DNA of 64,000 nt from Candidatus Woesearchaeota archaeon. Lineage in GTDB: Archaea; Nanobdellota; Nanobdellia; Woesearchaeales; ARS49. A program made the translations under genes and the position numbers. The stretch covers positions 35,300 through 99,299 of the forward strand of contig WJJS01000015.1 of the NCBI GenBank assembly GCA_014729505.1, in the 5' to 3' direction. Below are positions 56,991 to 64,000 of the stretch, piece by piece. The notes beneath the pieces were generated by a model, which was not told the origin of the DNA, did no database searches, and saw nothing but the letters and a program-made list of their open reading frames with translations. Numbering within the stretch: the stretch's first letter is position 1; the number at the start of each line of letters is the position of its first letter.

Positions 56991-58084
56991 TGCACACAAC
57001 ACCACTATCTGTCAAATCAGAATACGGAAGTGCAGAATGGTTGCGAGAAGAGACAGAAAAAGTACGATCGCGACTGGGATTACCACCACAAGATACACAT
57101 GCACTGCTAGAAGACGAACAGCTCAAAGAAGTCCTGCTACGCCAGCACCAACATCGAAGTCGCGTAGAACAAGAAGAACGACAACTCATGCATTATCGTG
57201 CAGAAGATGTCAATCACTGCGCTCGACAAGTCTGGGGCCGACGAGAACTACAACGTCTGGGGGTAATTAACGGAGCAGCAGACAGACTCTTAGCCAACCA
57301 AGAACTCCTGCACGCACTCACGCATCAAGATGCACACAAGCGCTACGCACCAACAGCCAGAGAGCGAGGAGGATTTGTGTTTGGACTTGGATACGTCAGA
57401 CGATTCATCGATGACGAACTACGATCCTACAGAGCAGAACAACAAACGCCCCAAGTAGCAAACGGCATCTGTGACCTCGATCACCTGTTATGCGTGTCAG
57501 GAATGATGCTTGCAGGAATGAACCCTGATGCGGTCCTCGAAGGTCAACGCTGCGGTTCACCAGCAATGGACCGTCGGCGTTTTGGCCTTGAACGTTCAGC
57601 AGACGGTTATCATTTACAATCCACAGCAACAAAACGACAGTATCATCTACGACGAGAAAAAAAGAAAATGGTGTTTACCCATCAATCAGTGCATCCCGTC
57701 GTGTATGAAAAAACAGTCAGTGAATTTCGCGATGGTCCACGATTACGACCATTAACGCTCGTACCATCAGGAGCCAGTCAGCACCAAGTGGCAACATTCA
57801 TGCACAAAGCAGGACAGCATCTGACAAGAGAGCCGCGAGAATCAGTAGACAATGTGCGTGTCAACGGATCAACAATGGAATATGACCAGCATTTCTGGAT
57901 CGACAGAGATGAACTACACGATCTGGACTCCTCGGGCTGTGCAACACAAGCAGAAGTATTTGACGATCCGGAAAACAGATTCTACACGGCACACGTGACG
58001 CTGCGAGCAAAAGAATGCATGGAAAACCATACGCCAACACTGACATACCTGCTCACCGTGACCGTCGGAAAACGAACACTATAA
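56990..58084 (+). CDS. hypothetical protein (Arg/His/Gln-rich)
   Basis: 364 aa, no recognisable domain; composition atypical for the window. Confidence 0.4.
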   Translation: MHTTPLSVKSEYGSAEWLREETEKVRSRLGLPPQDTHALLEDEQLKEVLLRQHQHRSRVEQEERQLMHYRAEDVNHCARQVWGRRELQRLGVINGAADRLLANQELLHALTHQDAHKRYAPTARERGGFVFGLGYVRRFIDDELRSYRAEQQTPQVANGICDLDHLLCVSGMMLAGMNPDAVLEGQRCGSPAMDRRRFGLERSADGYHLQSTATKRQYHLRREKKKMVFTHQSVHPVVYEKTVSEFRDGPRLRPLTLVPSGASQHQVATFMHKAGQHLTREPRESVDNVRVNGSTMEYDQHFWIDRDELHDLDSSGCATQAEVFDDPENRFYTAHVTLRAKECMENHTPTLTYLLTVTVGKRTL

Positions 58085-58091
58085 ATTTTTT

Positions 58092-58898
58092 TTATTTCAA
58101 TTCACACACTTTACATTGTTCAGCAATCTTCTTTGCCTTTTGAAACGCGATACCCAGCAACGTTGCCAGTTGTTCGGGTGATTTTCCATGAATATCGCTA
58201 AGCAACAACACCTCTTTTTTTATACATCGTTCCAATAAATCAGGCGTTATACCGCGCAACATCGTAATAGGATACGCTTTATACTTCTCAATGTTTGACT
58301 GCAAACTATCATCCTTTGGATAACTCCAACCAAGCAAACGCAGACCAACACTCTTTGCATACCTTGTAGAATGGCCAGAGAATTTAGTGTTTGTTGCAAG
58401 CATAGGTTTGGTAAACTCCTTTTTTACATCAAGAAAACGAGCATACACATACAACGGAGTCTGAATATGAATAGTCAAATGCTCCTTACTCTTATGCTTA
58501 CACTCGACCATCAACACCTGAGAACCCTTCTTTGCCTTCACATCGATCTCATGGGTTACTGCCTTACCATGCGAAGTAACATTTCGACGACACTCAAAAC
58601 CCTGAAAGACTAAAATGCGCTCAATAAGAGCTTCAAAAGGAAAACCACTCCTGCCAAAACGATACAAGGCACCCTTCAAATCATACTTTGGAGCAACAAT
58701 GGGCTGCAATTTTCTAAACTCGCGAAACGCAAGACCAAAGAGTTCCTTTGTCGTCATACCATTATAGATCTTTTTGCGAACAAGAGCCTTAATCTGTTCA
58801 ATAGTATGCTTATCAGCACCTGCCCTCTTCAACGACTTCGCTAACTTTTTCTCGTCATATTTCTCCTTTGAACCATCGCCCTTAATGATGTATGTCAT
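58092..58898 (-). CDS. ATP-cone domain fused to an Mrr-like PD-(D/E)xK restriction-endonuclease domain
   Basis: N-terminal ATP-cone (MTYIIKGDGSKEKYDEKKLAKSL...); nuclease core HEIDVKAKKGSQVLMVECKHK (D...E-x-K). Confidence 0.65.
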   Translation of the reverse strand: MTYIIKGDGSKEKYDEKKLAKSLKRAGADKHTIEQIKALVRKKIYNGMTTKELFGLAFREFRKLQPIVAPKYDLKGALYRFGRSGFPFEALIERILVFQGFECRRNVTSHGKAVTHEIDVKAKKGSQVLMVECKHKSKEHLTIHIQTPLYVYARFLDVKKEFTKPMLATNTKFSGHSTRYAKSVGLRLLGWSYPKDDSLQSNIEKYKAYPITMLRGITPDLLERCIKKEVLLLSDIHGKSPEQLATLLGIAFQKAKKIAEQCKVCELK

Positions 58899-59803
58899 TG
58901 TTTGCCTCCGTAATAAAATTCAGACCAAATAAGATAATGATCGCTAACCTCGTCAGTAACAGAAGAATCCACGCCGCTACGAGCAAAACGCGGAACTGTT
59001 CGCTCACTAATGATCATCTGATCATAGGTACAGTCCGTTTTTGAGACGGTAGTATCAGCACGATCAGGAATCAACCAATACTGCGCACGCAACGCAGGGG
59101 CCTCATCCTCGTCAAGATACGAACAATCAGCATTGAGATCGCCAGCAATAATCACATGCTCATGAGTCTGCAATTCATTATTGAAAAAATACGCAAGACC
59201 GGCCAGTTCATTGACATTATCTGAAGGACTTGTATGAGCAGTCAACATGCGAAAAGTAAAATCCTCGACTTGAAACGTTGCAGCAAAAGGCTGGCGCTGC
59301 ATACGCCCAGTATCTTGAGGTGACGTATCACAAGTTTGTCCCAGCTCTTTATCATCATCAAGAAGTCCTGCAGAACCAACAAGAGATACCATGTCACGAT
59401 CATAGATGATCGCATAACGCTCATCCTTTACCTGAGGACTCATGAGAATAGAATAATTCCTGTTGCCAAGATGCGTTTGCAAGGCTTTTGTGACGAGTTC
59501 ACACTTAGGACCGGGACAGGCGTCCTGATTACGAGAGCACCCTTCATCAATCAATTCATCAACATTACTAATCTCTTGTAAAACGACAATGTCATACTGA
59601 CCGATACGCTTGGCAATATCGCTCATTACCATATCATTGCCTGCCTTTTTTTGCCCGAAATTCTCAATATTCCACGACGCGATAGAGATTGTAGGCCTCG
59701 AATCTTGCATACCGGTAACCCATCCAGTGATCTGCGGTTTAAAAGTTACAAAGGCAGTGCCAAGTACAAGCAACAATAATACAATACTACGAAGTTTCAC
59801 CAT
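58895..59803 (-). CDS. secreted endonuclease/exonuclease/phosphatase (EEP, DNase I-like) family nuclease
   Basis: Signal/anchor MVKLRSIVLLLLVLGTAFV; EEP motifs SWNIENFG, VVLQEI, GDLNAD, SDHYLIWSEF; ATGA overlap with the downstream ATP-cone/Mrr gene. Confidence 0.75.
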   Translation of the reverse strand: MVKLRSIVLLLLVLGTAFVTFKPQITGWVTGMQDSRPTISIASWNIENFGQKKAGNDMVMSDIAKRIGQYDIVVLQEISNVDELIDEGCSRNQDACPGPKCELVTKALQTHLGNRNYSILMSPQVKDERYAIIYDRDMVSLVGSAGLLDDDKELGQTCDTSPQDTGRMQRQPFAATFQVEDFTFRMLTAHTSPSDNVNELAGLAYFFNNELQTHEHVIIAGDLNADCSYLDEDEAPALRAQYWLIPDRADTTVSKTDCTYDQMIISERTVPRFARSGVDSSVTDEVSDHYLIWSEFYYGGKQ

Positions 59804-59865
59804 TTTTTACTGTCAAAAGCAAGAGTACCATCACATTTAAAAATATTGGTAACGCCAAAGACTAT

Positions 59866-60381
59866 ATGGCACACGTCATCCTCGATTTAGAATCACTTAA
59901 AGCACTAGCGACAAAAAGCCGCCTAGCTATACTCAAACAATTACAACAACGGCGACATACCGCTTCAGAACTCGCAAAAGAAATGGGACTGCGCGTACCC
60001 ACTGTTAGAGAACACCTTACAAGTCTGGCCCGAGCACAACTTATACAGCGACACGATGAAGGACATAAATGGAAATATTATTCGCTCACGACAAAAGGAC
60101 GAGCCATCGTAGAACCACAAGAACGACGATTCAGTATCGCGCTAGCAACATTTATCATCGGCGCACTGGGATTCGTGTTCTCCATTAGCGCAGCAATAAC
60201 AAACAGAATCGCAGAAGACGGCGTGCAAAGTCCGGAACTGATGGATGCAGGTGTACGCGCACTGCAAGCAACACCGGTGCTCAGTCACAACGCACCAAGC
60301 TATACCTTCATCTTACTTAGCGCGATACTCTTTTGTGGAGTAATCATTATATCACTTCTAGGACTACGCCGACGTTCATAA
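59866..60381 (+). CDS. ArsR-family HTH regulator with C-terminal TM segments
   Basis: Winged HTH (SRLAILKQLQQRRHTASELAKEMGLRVPTVREHLTSL) followed by two hydrophobic helices. Confidence 0.65.
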   Translation: MAHVILDLESLKALATKSRLAILKQLQQRRHTASELAKEMGLRVPTVREHLTSLARAQLIQRHDEGHKWKYYSLTTKGRAIVEPQERRFSIALATFIIGALGFVFSISAAITNRIAEDGVQSPELMDAGVRALQATPVLSHNAPSYTFILLSAILFCGVIIISLLGLRRRS

Positions 60382-60412
60382 GTCTTTTATAGTGAAAAAG
60401 AAATAAGAAGGT

Positions 60413-61339
60413 ATGGCACGAACTGTTACCATTGTCATAAGCACGTCTTTACTCTTGCTTCTAGCAAGCCAGGTAACGCTCTTTTACCTGTTCTATGAAT
60501 TTGACAAGGACACTACTGCGAGATTTTCAACAATGCTTGCCAATGATCAACTCCTAGAACAAGGAATAGAAGATCTCAACACTCATATCGCAAGTACCAC
60601 ACAACAATTAGAAACAGCAATACTGAACACGCGCCAGGACCTCGGTGAGCAACTAATAAGCGTACAGCAAGAACTTGAAACAAGTACCGCCGCGTTTGCA
60701 CAAGATATTGCCGCTCTTGAACAAAGCCAGGCACAAACAAAAGCAAGCCTACAGGATTCAATACGAAACCTGCAATTGTCCAACCAGGATTTCAGCGGCA
60801 CCATACAAGACGTCCTGCCAAGCGTGGTCAGCGTGCTGACAGACGAAAGTCAGGGCAGCGGCGTTATTGTAGACAGAGAAGGACTAGTACTGACGAATTA
60901 TCATGTCATCGAAGACGCTACTATGATACGCGTGGTAACCGTTGAAGGGGATGTGTTAGGAGTAGACGTGCTAGGCTTTGCAGACAAACGAGATCTTGCA
61001 GTACTACACATACGAGGAGACCGAAGATGGGATGCACTCGATTTTGCAGACGACACGTTTGTAGGACAAAACGTTATTGCCATAGGCAATCCAGGAGGAC
61101 TGGGATTTAGCGTAACGGAAGGTATAATAAGCAGTACTAACAGAATCTTTGACGGATTGCACTTTGTGCAGATCTCAAATCCTATCAATCCGGGAAACAG
61201 CGGAGGACCACTCGTCAACATCGAAGGAGACATCGTAGGCATCAATACCCTCAAAATAGAAGGATTTGAAGGAGTTGGTTTTGCCATTCCAGCAACAGAT
61301 GCAGAAAATATCCTTGCACAAGCAAAAGAGTTGATATGA
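60413..61339 (+). CDS. membrane-anchored trypsin-like serine protease (HtrA/S1C-like, no PDZ)
   Basis: Catalytic triad contexts TNYHVI, DLAVLHI, GNSGGPL; N-terminal TM plus coiled coil. Confidence 0.75.
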   Translation: MARTVTIVISTSLLLLLASQVTLFYLFYEFDKDTTARFSTMLANDQLLEQGIEDLNTHIASTTQQLETAILNTRQDLGEQLISVQQELETSTAAFAQDIAALEQSQAQTKASLQDSIRNLQLSNQDFSGTIQDVLPSVVSVLTDESQGSGVIVDREGLVLTNYHVIEDATMIRVVTVEGDVLGVDVLGFADKRDLAVLHIRGDRRWDALDFADDTFVGQNVIAIGNPGGLGFSVTEGIISSTNRIFDGLHFVQISNPINPGNSGGPLVNIEGDIVGINTLKIEGFEGVGFAIPATDAENILAQAKELI

Positions 61340-61460
61340 AAAAAAAATACGGAAACGTCATCGCCATTGTAGTCGCACTCCTCGCTATCATAGCCGTTGC
61401 GATACTACTCAGCTTCGTCCTTTAGAAAGCATTATATAGTTTGGAGTTGCATAACGGCGT

Positions 61461-61706
61461 ATGTTCAAAAGAGGGGATCCATCAACAGTCTTTCTCTTAC
61501 TCGCAGTAGGATTACTGCTTCTCGGCGGAGTATACTTATCAATTTTGTCAAGCAGTGGGAATGACATCACGGGAGCTGCAGGACAAACAACAGAAAGCTG
61601 TTCCACGTGCATGGTATGCACAGCACAACCAGGAATCTGCATTTCATTATTCGTACTCGTAACCTGCATTGCAGGCATAGTCGTAATAGAATTTACACGA
61701 TCATAG
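61461..61706 (+). CDS. small membrane protein
   Basis: 81 aa, 2 TM helices. Confidence 0.3.
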   Translation: MFKRGDPSTVFLLLAVGLLLLGGVYLSILSSSGNDITGAAGQTTESCSTCMVCTAQPGICISLFVLVTCIAGIVVIEFTRS

Positions 61707-61747
61707 GACGCAAGCTATATATACTACTCTCTCTTTATCGTAGCGAT

Positions 61748-64000
61748 ATGGTGATAAAAAAAGGGGCGACTATAGTTCTCTTCCTTTTATTTTGTAGTCT
61801 GGCAATGACTGCAGGCGCAATAGAAGTTGCCGATGAAGCGGCATGCGCAGGCACACCAGACCCCTCACAATATACGTATCCAGACAATTCAGGAGCGTGT
61901 TACCAAGCAGTACTTGCAAAAGCAAGCGATGCAGTCAAATGCTATTGCGCTGCAACAGGAAAATGCAGCGTGCCACGCTGTTCTTGTGCAACAAAACGAT
62001 CAACAGACGGGCATTTAAACATTGAATATGCCGAAAGTGATTTAGACGTTATAAAAGAATGCACTGGCAACCCTGCAGCAACAGGACTGTCAAGCCTCTT
62101 TGGAGCAGGCGACACGTTTATCGCTGATGACAGCACTGCAGGAGTACTCATCACTGATCCAGCACTCTGCGGCAACGGTGTCATAGATCCAGGAGAATCA
62201 TGCGATCCTAACAAAGCACCAACAGGATGCAGTGAACTACGCATCTGTGGCACACCAGCAGACCCGCGACCATGCAGGTGCACCTGTGATTATGAACGCA
62301 ACGCTGCAGGACAAGTCGTCAAAAAAAGCACAGGCGCCATAGGGGATCCCTGCAAAGGACGAGCAGCAGCAAACAAAGAATGGACATTCGACGAAGCATC
62401 ATGCACGTGCAAAGAAGTCTGTCAGGATAATCCACCAGTATCATTTACTCAAGCCAGTTGTCGCGCACAACATACGAGCAAAACAAAATGGAACGAAGAT
62501 ACCTGTGCATGCCTCTTCTGCGGCGACGGCACATACACTACAGATCCAGACGTGAGCTGTGACACCGTAGCAGGCACGGACCCGGTTGGCGCATTTGCCT
62601 GTTCGTACAAAGAAGAATGTAACGCACTGACATGCGGATGCGATTTCTGCACTGACGGCGTCAAAGCCTCATTACTCGCCGATTGTCAAATAGAAGCCTT
62701 CATTGAAGATATAGATCTCATGATGGATCCAGGAAACTGGCTATATGATTACCGCATACCAGGAAGAAATCCTGCACTACATCATAAACGAGTCAATTTC
62801 GCATCCTTGAAGATTGCAAATGATTGTAGCAAATGCACCTGGTCATACATCATCACCAATCCACCGCGCCCACCACCAGGATGGATGCCGCCAGGAGGAT
62901 GGCCCATTCCTTTACCACCACCATGGCTTGGACCCGCACCACTCAATATTACATCAACAAACGTGACCCCTGTCAATGCAACACCGCCCAACATGACAGG
63001 AAATATCAGACCAGTAAACGTGACACCACCAAACGGTACAGGGGGAGTCATCTTTACTGACACGGACGGCGATACCATTTACGATTTTGCAGACAATTGC
63101 GTTCTCATACCAAACGCGCAACAAGAAGACTGGGATCTCGACGGTATTGGAGATGTGTGCGACAATTGTATATATTTTTTGAACCCAACACAAGCAGATA
63201 CAGACACTGATACGTACGGCGATGCATGCGACCTCTGCCCGACAGAAGATGATCGCATCGATACAAACGGCAATGGTGTTCCAGACTGTCTAGAAGGGCC
63301 ATCACCGCCGCCAACACCATGGTGTACTGACGCAGACAATGACGGACTCTACGTCTATACCGCAACAGGCAACGCGACTATGCCGCCAGGAGCAAGCTTC
63401 AGTTGCGCAGTACAAGGACATTACGACTGTGATGATACAGACCCATTACAAACAAGCGAGTTTTTACCAGAAGCATGCGACGGTTACGACAATAATTGCA
63501 ACGGACTCGTCGATGACGGACTAGGCAATCTCACGTGCGGACAAGGCATTTTTGAAAACACCGTACCGGCATGCGTGAATGGACAAGCACAACTCTGCAC
63601 ACCAAAAGATGCATGCCCCAATGACCCGCAACGCGATGCAGATCAAGACGGCATCTGTGGCGACGTCGATAATTGCCCGCTCATAGGAAATCCCAGTCAA
63701 GCAGATGACGATAATGACGGCATAGGAAATGCATGCGATAACAATACCATCGTCAATACACCTACCTGCGGCAGTGTCACCGTTACCAGTCCATCAGGAT
63801 CCATAGGAATCAATTGTCCAACAGGATCTGGAGGGTCCCGACGGGGAGGATCAGTAACAGTAAGCAATATCACTGTTGGTTATCCAGAACTTAGCGTCGA
63901 GATCAGCTGTTTAAAAACGATCATCAGCACACCATATATCTGTGTTGAAGAAGGACTGAACAGTATCACATATACGCAAATCCTGCCAGGAGACGAAGAG
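61748..64000 (+). CDS. large secreted cysteine-rich surface protein with myxococcal-type Cys-rich repeats and thrombospondin type-3-like Ca-binding repeats; 3' end outside window (not in ORF track)
   Basis: Manually translated frame 2 is open from the ATG at 61748 to the window end (>750 codons): signal peptide MVIKKGATIVLFLLFCSLAMTAGA; CGNGVIDPGESCDPN repeat; TSP3-like DTDGDTIYDFADNC..DLDGIGDVCDNC, DTDTDTYGDACDLC, DADQDGICGDVDNCP, DDDNDGIGNACDN; the minus-strand ORFs listed inside it are antisense artefacts. Confidence 0.7.
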   Translation, partial: MVIKKGATIVLFLLFCSLAMTAGAIEVADEAACAGTPDPSQYTYPDNSGACYQAVLAKASDAVKCYCAATGKCSVPRCSCATKRSTDGHLNIEYAESDLDVIKECTGNPAATGLSSLFGAGDTFIADDSTAGVLITDPALCGNGVIDPGESCDPNKAPTGCSELRICGTPADPRPCRCTCDYERNAAGQVVKKSTGAIGDPCKGRAAANKEWTFDEASCTCKEVCQDNPPVSFTQASCRAQHTSKTKWNEDTCACLFCGDGTYTTDPDVSCDTVAGTDPVGAFACSYKEECNALTCGCDFCTDGVKASLLADCQIEAFIEDIDLMMDPGNWLYDYRIPGRNPALHHKRVNFASLKIANDCSKCTWSYIITNPPRPPPGWMPPGGWPIPLPPPWLGPAPLNITSTNVTPVNATPPNMTGNIRPVNVTPPNGTGGVIFTDTDGDTIYDFADNCVLIPNAQQEDWDLDGIGDVCDNCIYFLNPTQADTDTDTYGDACDLCPTEDDRIDTNGNGVPDCLEGPSPPPTPWCTDADNDGLYVYTATGNATMPPGASFSCAVQGHYDCDDTDPLQTSEFLPEACDGYDNNCNGLVDDGLGNLTCGQGIFENTVPACVNGQAQLCTPKDACPNDPQRDADQDGICGDVDNCPLIGNPSQADDDNDGIGNACDNNTIVNTPTCGSVTVTSPSGSIGINCPTGSGGSRRGGSVTVSNITVGYPELSVEISCLKTIISTPYICVEEGLNSITYTQILPGDEE

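Noticed and set aside
61942-63365. Several 70-110-aa minus-strand ORFs
   Set aside because: They lie inside and antisense to the long open frame 61748->64000, which has coherent domain repeats.
1-64000. Looked for rRNA, RNase P RNA, SRP RNA, transposases and integrases
   Set aside because: No intergenic region is long or structured enough, and no ORF shows DDE-transposase or tyrosine/serine recombinase motifs. The tRNA-linked repeats therefore have no visible mobilising enzyme in this window.

Overview
Gene-dense, roughly 45-48% GC window from an archaeal genome. The mix of archaeal core genes with several bacterial-type genes suggests a small-genome DPANN-like lineage.

Archaeal hallmarks present: Orc1/Cdc6, aIF5B, ribosomal protein S8e, archaeal-type AlaRS and SerRS, GINS, RNase P Rpp21, ATP-dependent DNA ligase, CDP-archaeol synthase, the diphthamide pathway, an initiator tRNA with an A1:U72 pair, and tRNA introns in the anticodon loop.

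I call about 85 protein genes and 6 intact tRNAs: Ser-GCU, initiator Met, Asn-GUU with a 39-nt intron, Ile-GAU, Arg-GCG with an 18-nt intron, and Gln-UUG. No rRNA, CRISPR array, transposase or integrase is visible.

Housekeeping content:
- Translation: serS, alaS, aIF5B, tsaC-like, thiI-like, a MnmC-like methyltransferase, diphthine synthase.
- Replication and repair: cdc6, GINS, DNA ligase, an Nre-like protein, and the C-terminal half of a Hel308-type helicase.
- Division: ftsZ.
- Lipid synthesis cluster: CDP-alcohol phosphatidyltransferase, a CarS-like protein and a CTP-transferase-family protein.
- Glycogen module: glgA-like plus GH57.
- Central metabolism: pgk.
- Many membrane, secreted and cysteine-rich surface proteins, including a >750-aa open reading frame that runs off the window end and is missing from the ORF track.

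Most unusual observation: three tRNA loci (Ser, Arg, Gln) are flanked by short tandem units of about 95-130 bp that carry progressively degraded copies of the tRNA's own 3' or 5' end. The Arg and Gln loci share a conserved 7-bp-stem hairpin. This looks like serial site-specific insertion scars or miniature tRNA-targeting elements with no integrase in view.

Other points of interest:
- Split or truncated genes: Hel308 C-terminal half only; a Dph2 N-terminal fragment.
- Bacterial-type genes: LspA, DsbA, an HPF-like protein.
- An RHH-nucleotidyltransferase fusion.
- A PIN-PhoH ATPase.
- An operon pairing a secreted DNase-I-like nuclease with an ATP-cone/Mrr-like nuclease, next to an uncharacterised two-gene module.
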